DNA from: Fluviicoccus sp.
Lineage (GTDB): Bacteria > Pseudomonadota > Gammaproteobacteria > Pseudomonadales > Moraxellaceae
Direction: 5' to 3'
Assembly: GCA_041912575.1 (NCBI GenBank)
Contig: JAYRMT010000001.1
Location: forward strand, 1-60,682
Length of the DNA: 60,682 bases
The notes below the pieces were generated by a model. It searched no databases, was not told the origin of the DNA, and worked only from the letters and a program-made list of their open reading frames with translations. Positions 20,047 through 29,072 of this stretch are shown in pieces (position 1 is the stretch's first letter; each line of letters opens with the position of its first letter). Position numbers and translations under genes: made by a program.

Positions 20047-22386
20047 ATGTCGTCATCCGGCCCCGAATCCCGCACCGACCGCTTCTGGCGGCAACTGGCC
20101 GCGTGGATCGTCGACCATCCCTGGACCAGCATCCTGGGTTCGCTGTTGCTGACACTGGTGGTCAGCGCAGGCAGCGCCGGGTTCATCTATTCGATGGACC
20201 ACCGGGTCTTCTTCGGCCCGGACAATCCCCAGCTCAAGGCCTTCGAGAAGCTGCAGGAAGACTATACCCGCACCGACACCGTGCTGATCGGGCTGGAACC
20301 GCCGCAAGGGCAGGTCTTCACGGCCGGGTTTCTCGGCACGGTCCGCGAACTCACGGAACAAGCCTGGCAGGTCCCGCATGCCCAGCGTGTGGAATCGTTG
20401 ACCAACTTCCAGCATGTTGAAGTCGACGGCGACAACATCGCCACCCGCGATCTGGTGCCCGCCGGACAATCGCTGGATCCCGCCGCGCTGGCGCGCATCC
20501 GCGACATTGCCGTGCACGAGCCTTTCCTGGTCGATTCGCTGGTCAACGCCGAAGGCACGGTCGCCGGGGTGCGCATCACCCTGAACATGCCGGGCAAGAA
20601 TCCCAAGGTGGAAATTCCGGAAGTCGTCGACAAGGTGCGCACGATCACCGCCGCGTTGGTCAAGGAACATCCCGGTTTGAAAGTCCATCTGGCCGGGCAA
20701 CCGATCGCCAACAAGGCCTATCCGGAAGAATCGCAGGCCGACGGTGTGCGCGTCTGGCCGTGGTTCCTGCTGACCATGATGGGCATGCTGACCGTGCTGT
20801 TCCGCAGCGTGAAAGCCATGATCATCACCGTGGTCGCCTGCCTGCTGGCGGTGTTCGGCGGCGCGGGCGCGGTGGGCTTCTTCCGTTTCGTGATCAATGA
20901 CGGCGTCATTGTCGCCCCGGTGATGATCCTGTCGATGGCCTTCGCGGACGGCATCCACGTGGTCGTCAACTGGATCCAGAACGTCAACAACGGCCAGGAC
21001 AAGCGTACGGCCATGGCGAACAGCCTCGCCGTCAACATGGGACCGATGACCGTCACCTCGGTGATGACCGCCGTCGGCTTCCTGACCCTGCTGTTCAACG
21101 ACTCGCCGCCCTTCCAGGTCATGGGCCTGATCGTCTCCGCCGGGGTGGTGTTCGCGCTGATCCTGACCTTCTTCTTCACCGCGCCGCTACTGGCCGTGCT
21201 GCCGGGCGAACCGCCACGCAAGATCTCGCCGCTAATGCGCGAGGACTCCCCGGCCGTGGCCCGTTTCGCTGATTTCCTGATCGCGCACCGTGTGCCGGTG
21301 CTGGTGACCTGCCTGATCGCTACCGGCGCGCTCAGCCTGTTCAGCCTGCGCAACCAGATCAACGACGACATCGTGAAGTACTACACGCCGCAGGCGCAGT
21401 TCCGGCAGGACATGGAGTTCGTCAACAACCACCTGACCGGCATCGCGGAGGTCAATTATTCGTTGCCCGCCGGCGGCCCGGACAACATCGTCGATCCTGC
21501 CTACCTGAAAAAAGTCGACCAGTTCAGCGCCTGGCTGAAAACCCAGCCCGATGTGCGTCAGGTCAACTCGCTGGCCGACATCATCAAGCGTATCAACCAG
21601 GTCATGCACGGCAACGACCCGGCCTGGTACCGCATCCCGGACTCCCGCGAAGAGATCGCGCAGTACCTGCTGCAATACGAGCTGTCGCTGCCCAACGGCG
21701 CCGACCTGAATTACCTGATCCGTTTCGACCGCTCGGAGAGTCGCGTGCGGGTCTCGGTCGGCACCTCCAGCGGCCAGAAGATCATCGCCGTGGACAATGC
21801 CGCGCAAGGCTGGCTGAAGGCCAACGCCCCGGCCGCCATGCAGGTGCAGGGCAGTTCCCTGAACCTGATGTTCGCCAACATCGGCGCGCGCTCGATCAAC
21901 GGCATGTTCGGCGGCATGCTCGGCTCGCTGGTCGCGGAATCGTTGTTCGTGATGCTGGTGTTCCGCGCCTTTCGCCTTGGTCTGGCCAGCTTCCTCGGCA
22001 ACCTGATTCCGATCGGCGCGGCCTTTGGCGCGTGGGGCATCATCAACGGCAATATCGATGTCGGCCTCACCGTGGTGCTCGGCATCTCGTTCAGCGTGGT
22101 GGTGGACGACACCATCCACTTCATCGCCAAGTACGAACGCGCGCGATCCGTGGAAGGCAAGAGTCCGGAAGACGCGGTGCGCTACGCCTTCAGCCATGTG
22201 GGTTTCGCGCTGTTCTCGACCACGGCGGTGCTGGGTACCGGCTATGCCTGGCTGGCCAACTCGGCCATCCAGCTGACGGTGAACACGGCGATCGTGACCT
22301 GCACGACGATCCTGATCGCGCTGCTGATCGATGTGTTTTTGCTGCCGTGTCTGTTTTTGGTGATGGATCGGCGGAAGGTTGCGTGA
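20047..22386 (+). CDS. MMPL family (RND superfamily) lipid transporter
   Basis: Two-repeat 12-TM layout; ADGIH and VDDTIHF motifs; TAVGFLTL. Confidence 0.92.
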   Translation: MSSSGPESRTDRFWRQLAAWIVDHPWTSILGSLLLTLVVSAGSAGFIYSMDHRVFFGPDNPQLKAFEKLQEDYTRTDTVLIGLEPPQGQVFTAGFLGTVRELTEQAWQVPHAQRVESLTNFQHVEVDGDNIATRDLVPAGQSLDPAALARIRDIAVHEPFLVDSLVNAEGTVAGVRITLNMPGKNPKVEIPEVVDKVRTITAALVKEHPGLKVHLAGQPIANKAYPEESQADGVRVWPWFLLTMMGMLTVLFRSVKAMIITVVACLLAVFGGAGAVGFFRFVINDGVIVAPVMILSMAFADGIHVVVNWIQNVNNGQDKRTAMANSLAVNMGPMTVTSVMTAVGFLTLLFNDSPPFQVMGLIVSAGVVFALILTFFFTAPLLAVLPGEPPRKISPLMREDSPAVARFADFLIAHRVPVLVTCLIATGALSLFSLRNQINDDIVKYYTPQAQFRQDMEFVNNHLTGIAEVNYSLPAGGPDNIVDPAYLKKVDQFSAWLKTQPDVRQVNSLADIIKRINQVMHGNDPAWYRIPDSREEIAQYLLQYELSLPNGADLNYLIRFDRSESRVRVSVGTSSGQKIIAVDNAAQGWLKANAPAAMQVQGSSLNLMFANIGARSINGMFGGMLGSLVAESLFVMLVFRAFRLGLASFLGNLIPIGAAFGAWGIINGNIDVGLTVVLGISFSVVVDDTIHFIAKYERARSVEGKSPEDAVRYAFSHVGFALFSTTAVLGTGYAWLANSAIQLTVNTAIVTCTTILIALLIDVFLLPCLFLVMDRRKVA

Positions 22387-22396
22387 TGAGGCAGGG

Positions 22397-22466
22397 TGTA
22401 GGGTGGGTCAAGACCCACCGGCTGCCTCCGATCAACGGATGATGGTGGGTCTTGACCCACCCTACA
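22397..22466. repeat. REP doublet (REPIN-like)
   Basis: TGTAGGGTGGGTCAAGACCCACC ... GGTGGGTCTTGACCCACCCTACA: GTAG-footed palindromes in inverted orientation. Confidence 0.85.
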
Positions 22467-22503
22467 AACTACAAACCAACGAATTGATTAATGAGATCTT
22501 GAT

Positions 22504-23460
22504 ATGACCGAATCCACGCTCACCCTCGCCTCCCCCTGGCCCGCCCGCTTCATGGCCTGGGTGCACCAGCGTTTCGCGCTGCCGAACGCGCTGCTGTTCT
22601 TCATCCTGTACCTGACGGTCGCCGTGGTGGCGCGCGCCGGTCAGGAAGGCGCGGTGGCGCTGGGTCTGGCGGATGTCGTGGGTTGCCTGGTCACCTGGTC
22701 CTTCTTCCTGTTGCTGCGTGTCTTCGACGAGCACAAGGATTATGCACTGGACTGCAAGAACCACCCGCAGCGCGTACTGCAAAGCGGCCTGATCACGCTG
22801 GATCACCTGAAGATCGTCGGCGGCGTAGCGCTGGTCCTGCAGGTGGCCTATTCGCTGGCGCGCGACGGCGGTGTCGGCGCGACCTCCATTGCATGGATCG
22901 CGATGTTCGTCTGGACCTGCCTGATGGGCAAGGAGTTCTTCGTCGAGGCATGGCTGAACCGCCACCTGACGTGGTACGCCGTGTCCCACATGCTGGTGAT
23001 GCCGCTGGTGGTCTGGTGGCTGGCCAATCTGGCCGTGCCCGGCGTGGCGCTGAGCCTGCCGCTGGAGGCGCTGATGCTGCTCGCCTTTGTCAGCGGCTTC
23101 TGTTTCGAGATCACCCGCAAGACCAAGGGGCCGGAAGAAGAGCGCGACACCATCGACTCCTATTCGAAGATCTTCGGCACGCAAGGCTCGGCCTTGGTCG
23201 TTACCGGTCTGGTCACGGCCATGGTGGCCAACCAGGTCTGGCTGATCACCCTGCTGACGACCGCGTTTCCGGTCTGGGCGGGCGTGATCCTGGCGCTGTT
23301 CTGGGCCTTGGGCCTGAACCAGCTGGCGAGCTTCATCAAGACGCCGACGGCCAAAGGCCGAGAAAAGAACGAGGCGGCGGTGGCCCTGACCATGCTGGCC
23401 GGTTACGCCGTGGTGATTGCCGTGGTCCTGTTGGCGCATGGCGTCGCGTTTGCAGCCTGA
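22504..23460 (+). CDS. UbiA prenyltransferase-superfamily membrane protein
   Basis: Multi-TM; RVFDEHKDYALD...PQRVLQSG first Asp-rich motif; EITRK...EERDTIDSYS second motif. Confidence 0.75.
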   Translation: MTESTLTLASPWPARFMAWVHQRFALPNALLFFILYLTVAVVARAGQEGAVALGLADVVGCLVTWSFFLLLRVFDEHKDYALDCKNHPQRVLQSGLITLDHLKIVGGVALVLQVAYSLARDGGVGATSIAWIAMFVWTCLMGKEFFVEAWLNRHLTWYAVSHMLVMPLVVWWLANLAVPGVALSLPLEALMLLAFVSGFCFEITRKTKGPEEERDTIDSYSKIFGTQGSALVVTGLVTAMVANQVWLITLLTTAFPVWAGVILALFWALGLNQLASFIKTPTAKGREKNEAAVALTMLAGYAVVIAVVLLAHGVAFAA

Positions 23461-23472
23461 GGAGAAACTGTC

Positions 23473-26223
23473 ATGCTCCCGATCCGTCCTTACGCCTTCA
23501 CGCCGCATTACCTGTTCGGCGAAGAGCATCAGGCTGTCTGCCGTTTCTCGCTGGATGGCATGGACTTCGTCACCGATCCGGTCGATGTCTCGCTGAACCA
23601 CCTGACGGTGTCCGCCGACAGTTCGACGCCGCTGCCGCCGGTGGGCACCCGCCTGCCGAAAATCGAAGTCGAGATTCTCGGCCGGACCTACGTGCTGCCC
23701 TGCCTGTACGTGAAGGCGCTGCGCGAGGAAATGTGGACGCCGACCGAACTCGACCTGTCACTGGGCGACTGCGAGGATTCCGCCGCCGTGCTGTGGGAGA
23801 TCAGTTACGCGCTGCGCAACCAGCCCGCGCTGGACGGCGATACCGAGTACACCGACCACACCCTGCCGAAAATCCCGGCGCGCGGCCTCTACACCGAGGA
23901 AGCCCGTCAGGCGCGGCTGGACTTCGTGCGCGAGGAAACCGGCGCGGCGCTGACCGAGGTCTCGCAGATCCGTCTGGACCCGCGCAAGCTGGTCAGCAAC
24001 ATCGAGGCGCTGATCGGGTCGGTGGAAGTGCCGGTGGGCATTGCCGGACCGCTGCACATCAAGGGCACGCACGCGGGCGGGCTGTTCTACGCGCCGCTGG
24101 CGACCTCGGAAGGCGCGCTGGTGGCCTCGGCCTCGCGCGGCGCCACGGCGCTGTCGCGCTCCGGCGGCGTGCGCACCCGCGTGCTCGGCCAGCGCATGAT
24201 GCGCGTACCGGTATTCGTTTTTGAATCCATGAGTAACGCGCTGTTCTTCGCGGAATGGATCAAGGACAACTACCGTAATCTTGCCGACGAAGTGCAAAAG
24301 TACTCCAACTACGCTTCGCTGGAGGAAGTACAGCCCTACGTGCTCGGCCGCGCGGTGCATGTGCACTTCATCTACGAAACCGGCGACGCCGCCGGCCAGA
24401 ACATGACCACCACCTGCACCTGGCAGGCCTGCCAGTGGATCCTCAAGGGCATCAAGCGCTTCTCCGGATTGCGCATCGAGAACTTCCTGATCGAAGCCAA
24501 CCTCTCCAACGACAAGAAGGTCACCTACCAGACCTTCCTCAAGGGGCGCGGCGTGCGCGTGGTGGCGGAAGCGGTGCTGACCAGGGAAACCTGCGAGAAG
24601 ATCCTCAAGATCCAACCCAAGCAGATGGTCGCCGCCTACCACTACATTGTCTCAGGCTCCATCGCGGGCGGGATGATCGGCATCAACATCAACGTCGCCA
24701 ACATCATCGCCGCCATGTTCACCGCGCTCGGCCAGGACATCGCCTGCGTGCACGAATCCTCACTCGCCCAGCTGCATATGGAACTGACCGACGACGACGA
24801 TGTCTATTGCACGATGATGCTGCCCTCGCTGGTCATCGGCACCGTCGGCGGCGGCACCAACCTGCCGCAGCAGCGCGAATGCCTGGAAATGATCGGCTGC
24901 GCCGGTCCCGGCAAGGCGCACAAGCTGGCGGAAGTCATCGCCGCTTTCTGTCTGGCGCTTGATATTTCTACGCTGTCTGCCGTGGCCTCCGACCAGTTCG
25001 CCCGCGCCCATGAAAAGCTGGGCCGCAACCGGCCGGTCAACTACCTCAAGCTGGGCGACCTCGATCCGGACCTGTTCAACGAGGCGCTGCACCGCGCGGG
25101 TCACGCGCTGACCGTACGCGAGCTGACCCCGCTGAGCCGGGGCACCACCGGCTCCAGCATCATCACCGAACTGACTTCGCACAAGATCAACAAGCTGGTC
25201 GGCCATTTCCCCTACCGCATGCACACCGATCGCGGCGACATCGACGTCATGATCAAGGTGAAGCCGCTGGATTCGGAAGTCATCCTGATGGTCAACAGCA
25301 TGGCCGCGATGTGCAGCCCGCGTCTGGCGCAGGAGTTCAACCACTTCCGCGACCAGCTCGGCTTCAAGGGCTGCCACGTGCGTGAACTGGCGGTGATGAG
25401 CCAGACCGACCCGCGTTTCGTCCGCCATGCGCCGACCGTGTACGGCGTGGTGCGCGACGACGAGCGCGAGGCCTACGTGATCATCCAGGAAAAGCTGCAA
25501 GGCCTGGTGCACATGGACTCCGCCGACAACACCTCGGGCTGGACGCGTGAGCATCTGGAAGCGGCGATCAAGGGTATCGCCGAAGTCCATGCCATCTGGC
25601 TGGGCCGCGAGGACGAACTGCAGCAGCAGCCATGGATGGTCGGCTATCCCACCGCAGCCAACATGGCCGAGAAACTGCGCCTGTGGGAGCTACTGGGCGT
25701 CCATTCGCGCGAAGAGTTCCCGGAATGGTTCTCCGAGCAGGACCTGTCCAACTACCGCGATATCGTGCACAGCATCAGCGAATGGTGGGGGTTGATCGAA
25801 CAGATGCCGCGCACGCTGATCCACAATGACTTCAATCCGCGCAACATCGCCTTCCGCCACGAGGCGGACGGCTCGCTGCGCCTGTGCGCCTACGACTGGG
25901 AAATGGCGACGATGCACCTGCCGCAGCATGACCTGGTCGAGCTGCTCGGCTTCACCATGTACGACCCGATCGATCCCGCCGAGGTCGAGTCCTACATCGA
26001 GCTGCACCGCGTCGAACTGGAACGCCACAGCGGCATGACGCTGGACCCGGTGATGTGGAAGCGCGGCTACGTGCTGGCGCTGATGGACCTGCTGGTCAAC
26101 CGCCTGCCGATGTACATGATGGCGCACACCTTCCGCCACTACGAGTTCATGGAGCGCGTCTACCGCGCCTTCCGCGCGCTGCTGGATATCGAACAGGTCG
26201 GTCAGCCGGGAGTGAAGCCATGA
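23473..26223 (+). CDS. Class I HMG-CoA reductase-like domain fused to a C-terminal APH/choline-kinase-like phosphotransferase
   Basis: PLATSEGALVAS, TGDAAGQNM, NLSNDKK, GQDIA, GTVGGGT, AHEKLGR; then LIHNDFNPRN...YDWE. Confidence 0.9.
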   Translation: MLPIRPYAFTPHYLFGEEHQAVCRFSLDGMDFVTDPVDVSLNHLTVSADSSTPLPPVGTRLPKIEVEILGRTYVLPCLYVKALREEMWTPTELDLSLGDCEDSAAVLWEISYALRNQPALDGDTEYTDHTLPKIPARGLYTEEARQARLDFVREETGAALTEVSQIRLDPRKLVSNIEALIGSVEVPVGIAGPLHIKGTHAGGLFYAPLATSEGALVASASRGATALSRSGGVRTRVLGQRMMRVPVFVFESMSNALFFAEWIKDNYRNLADEVQKYSNYASLEEVQPYVLGRAVHVHFIYETGDAAGQNMTTTCTWQACQWILKGIKRFSGLRIENFLIEANLSNDKKVTYQTFLKGRGVRVVAEAVLTRETCEKILKIQPKQMVAAYHYIVSGSIAGGMIGININVANIIAAMFTALGQDIACVHESSLAQLHMELTDDDDVYCTMMLPSLVIGTVGGGTNLPQQRECLEMIGCAGPGKAHKLAEVIAAFCLALDISTLSAVASDQFARAHEKLGRNRPVNYLKLGDLDPDLFNEALHRAGHALTVRELTPLSRGTTGSSIITELTSHKINKLVGHFPYRMHTDRGDIDVMIKVKPLDSEVILMVNSMAAMCSPRLAQEFNHFRDQLGFKGCHVRELAVMSQTDPRFVRHAPTVYGVVRDDEREAYVIIQEKLQGLVHMDSADNTSGWTREHLEAAIKGIAEVHAIWLGREDELQQQPWMVGYPTAANMAEKLRLWELLGVHSREEFPEWFSEQDLSNYRDIVHSISEWWGLIEQMPRTLIHNDFNPRNIAFRHEADGSLRLCAYDWEMATMHLPQHDLVELLGFTMYDPIDPAEVESYIELHRVELERHSGMTLDPVMWKRGYVLALMDLLVNRLPMYMMAHTFRHYEFMERVYRAFRALLDIEQVGQPGVKP

Positions 26224-28925
26224 GCCGCACGCTGTACCGGCAGGAAGACGCGCTGTTCCTCGATCCGGCGCTGCTTGGCGGCAAGGCTGCCAACCTGGCC
26301 TGGCTGACCCGCGAAGGGCTGCCGGTGCCGCGCTGGTCGGTGGTCACCACGGAGGCTTTTACGACGCTGTTGCGGGAAAACGGCTTGTCGGAGCTGGTGC
26401 AAACCGAACTGGCGGCGCTGGGCGTGAACCCCGACCCGGCCGCTGTCGAACCGGTGGCCGAACGCCTGCGCGCCCGCGTGCTCGCGGCGCGCCTGCCGGA
26501 CGGCCTGATGGCCGAACTGCGCGACTGGCTGGCCGGGCAGGAAGACGGCTTTTTCGCCGTCCGGTCCTCGGTGCTCGGGGAAGACGCCGAGGGCGCCTCG
26601 TTCGCCGGGCAGATGGACAGCTACCTGTTCCAGCGCGGCCTCGACGCCATCGCCGACAGCCTGAAGCAGGTCGCCGCCTCCGCCTTCAACACCCGCGCGC
26701 TGCAATACCGGCTGGCCAAGGGCATCGCGCTGGACGACATCCGCGCCGCCGTGATCCTGCAGGAAATGGTCGAGGGCGAGGTGTCGGGCGTGATGTTCAC
26801 CGCGCATCCGCTCACCGGCAGCCGTCGCCACGCGCTGATCTCCGCCGCCTGGGGCGTGGGGGAAGGGATCGTCGCCGGCATCTGCAACACCGATGAATTC
26901 ACCGTGCCGCTGTTCGACAACGCCCTGACCGTGCAGCTCGCCGACAAGGACGAAGCCGTGGTCTTCGACCGCGATGCCGGGCGCGGCACGCGGGAAGTCG
27001 CCGTGTCGGAAGCGCAGCGGCATATCCCCTGCCTGACGGACACGCAGGCGCTGGCGCTGCGCGACCTCGGCCTGAAGATCGCGACGCTGCAACGCTTCCC
27101 GCAGGACATCGAATGGACGCTGCGCGACGGCAAGCCTTACATCCTGCAAACCCGGCCGGTCACGCGCCTTCCTGATCCGGAGCAACCACCCGGCCGCCGC
27201 ATCGTCTTCGACAACTCCAACATCCAGGAGTCCTACTGCGGCGTCACCACCCCGCTGACCTTCAGCTTCGCCAACCGCGCCTACGCCACCGTCTACGAAC
27301 AGACCATGCGCGTGCTCGGCGTCAGCGAGAAGCGCATCGCCGACCACCGCGACATGCTCGACAACATGCTCGGGCTGGTGCACGGCCGTGTGTACTACAA
27401 CATCAACAACTGGTATCGCGGCCTGCTGCTGCTGCCCGCCTTCAAGACCAACAAGGCGGACATGGAACGCATGATGGGCCTCACCGATCCGGTCGATCTG
27501 GTGCAGGACCGCGAACTGACAACCGGCGAGAAACTGCTTCGCCTGCCTCAGGTGCTGCGCGCACTGTTCAACCTGCTGCGCGGCTTCCGGCGCATGGCCA
27601 TGCTGGTTGCCGCCTTCCGCGCACTTTTCGAGGAAGCTTACCGCAGCATCGACCGCAAGCACCTGCATACGCGCACGCCCGGCGAGCTGATTGACGAAGC
27701 TCGCCGCCTCGACCGCGACCTGCTGCAACGCTGGACCACGCCCATCCTCAACGACTTCTACGTGATGATGATGAACGGCAAGGTCCACCGCACGCTGGTG
27801 CAGGCGGGCTTTGACGAGCCGTCGGTGCTGCAGAACAACCTGCTTTCCGGCGAGGACGACATCGAAAGTACCGAGCCGACCAAGATGCTGCTGCGCATGT
27901 GCGCCTTCATCCGCGCGCGTCCCGCCTTGCGCGCGCTGGTGGAACAGGGCGACAACGCCACCCTGCTCGACCGCGTGCAGATTGCCGATCCGGCCTTCCA
28001 CGCCCAATGTCTGGATTACATCGAACGCTACGGCGACCGCACCATCGGCGAACTCAAGCTGGAATCGGTCACCCTGCGTCAGGACACCGCCTTCCTGTTC
28101 GCCGTGCTGAAGAACTACCTGACCCGCGACGACCTGACTCCGGAAACGCTGGCCGCCAAGGAAGCGCAGTTCCGTGACTCCGCCGAACACGAAGCCTTCA
28201 CCGCCATCCGCGACAAGCTTGGCGCGCGGGTCCTGGCGACCTTCAGGAAGAATCTCGCCAAACTGCGCGACGCCATCCGCAACCGCGAGAACATGCGCCT
28301 TGCCCGCACGCGGGTCTTCGGGCTGTACCGCGATCTCTACCTCGAAATCGGCCGCCAGTTCGCCTTCAGCGGCTGGCTGGACGACCCGCGCGACATTTTC
28401 TGGCTGACCGTGGACGAGCTCTACGCCTTGCAGGACGGGCGCGCCGCGCAGGTCAGCCTCAAGCCGCTGGTGGCCGGACGCAAGGCCGAGTTCGCCGAAT
28501 ACGAGAAACACGACCTGCCTCACCATTTTCACACCCGGGGCATGGTTTACTACCAGAACCGTTACGAGTACCCCTTTGCCGAACCGGAAGCGCCGAGCGG
28601 CAACGAACTCAAGGGCACCGGCTGCTATCCCGGCGTGGTCGAGGAGAAGGTTCGGCTGATCTTCTCGCCCGACGACGAACTGTCGCTGAACGGCCAGATC
28701 CTCTGCACCGTGCGCACCGATCCGGGCTGGGCGCCGCTGTTCCCCACCGCCGGCGGCATCCTGGTCGAACGCGGCTCCACGCTGTCGCATTCCGCCGTGG
28801 TGGCGCGGGAGCTGGGCATCCCGGCGATTGTCGGCGTGCCGGGCATCACGAAGCTGCTGCGGGATGGCGAGAAAGTGCGGATGGACGGGGCGAAGGGAAC
28901 GGTGGTGCGTCTCGAACAGGAATGA
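26220..28925 (+). CDS. PEP-synthase/rifamycin-phosphotransferase-type dikinase (ATP-grasp, central substrate domain, C-terminal phospho-His swivel)
   Basis: LGGKAANL, AVRSS..GED..ASFAGQ, QDIEW, ILQTRPVT; TDPGWAPLF...LSHSAVVARELGIP; ATGA overlap with the previous gene. Confidence 0.9.
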   Translation: MSRTLYRQEDALFLDPALLGGKAANLAWLTREGLPVPRWSVVTTEAFTTLLRENGLSELVQTELAALGVNPDPAAVEPVAERLRARVLAARLPDGLMAELRDWLAGQEDGFFAVRSSVLGEDAEGASFAGQMDSYLFQRGLDAIADSLKQVAASAFNTRALQYRLAKGIALDDIRAAVILQEMVEGEVSGVMFTAHPLTGSRRHALISAAWGVGEGIVAGICNTDEFTVPLFDNALTVQLADKDEAVVFDRDAGRGTREVAVSEAQRHIPCLTDTQALALRDLGLKIATLQRFPQDIEWTLRDGKPYILQTRPVTRLPDPEQPPGRRIVFDNSNIQESYCGVTTPLTFSFANRAYATVYEQTMRVLGVSEKRIADHRDMLDNMLGLVHGRVYYNINNWYRGLLLLPAFKTNKADMERMMGLTDPVDLVQDRELTTGEKLLRLPQVLRALFNLLRGFRRMAMLVAAFRALFEEAYRSIDRKHLHTRTPGELIDEARRLDRDLLQRWTTPILNDFYVMMMNGKVHRTLVQAGFDEPSVLQNNLLSGEDDIESTEPTKMLLRMCAFIRARPALRALVEQGDNATLLDRVQIADPAFHAQCLDYIERYGDRTIGELKLESVTLRQDTAFLFAVLKNYLTRDDLTPETLAAKEAQFRDSAEHEAFTAIRDKLGARVLATFRKNLAKLRDAIRNRENMRLARTRVFGLYRDLYLEIGRQFAFSGWLDDPRDIFWLTVDELYALQDGRAAQVSLKPLVAGRKAEFAEYEKHDLPHHFHTRGMVYYQNRYEYPFAEPEAPSGNELKGTGCYPGVVEEKVRLIFSPDDELSLNGQILCTVRTDPGWAPLFPTAGGILVERGSTLSHSAVVARELGIPAIVGVPGITKLLRDGEKVRMDGAKGTVVRLEQE

Positions 28926-28926
28926 T

Positions 28927-29068
28927 GTAGGGGCGCACTGCGTGCGCCCTCTCGAAACGAACATGCCCCTGTAGGTCGGGCTTCAGCCCGACAAAGTCCT
29001 CCGATCACAGGGTGTTGTCGGGCTCAAGCCCGACCTACAGCAAAAGGGCGCACGCCGTGCGCCCCTAC
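28927..29068. repeat. Nested REP doublets
   Basis: Outer GTAGGGGCGCACTGCGTGCGCCCT...AGGGCGCACGCCGTGCGCCCCTAC encloses inner GTAGGTCGGGCTTCAGCCCGACA...TGTCGGGCTCAAGCCCGACCTAC (28971-29038). Confidence 0.85.
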
Positions 29069-29072
29069 GGTG

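Noticed and set aside
23473-26223. Canonical mevalonate pathway operon
   Set aside because: No HMG-CoA synthase, GHMP kinases, decarboxylase or IPP isomerase in the window
26220-28925. ppsA or an rph resistance gene
   Set aside because: Domain order excludes PpsA; the biosynthetic context gives no support for rifamycin specificity
28927-29068. CRISPR array or tRNA
   Set aside because: The units are inverted GTAG-footed palindromes, not direct repeats with spacers; no cas genes and no cloverleaf
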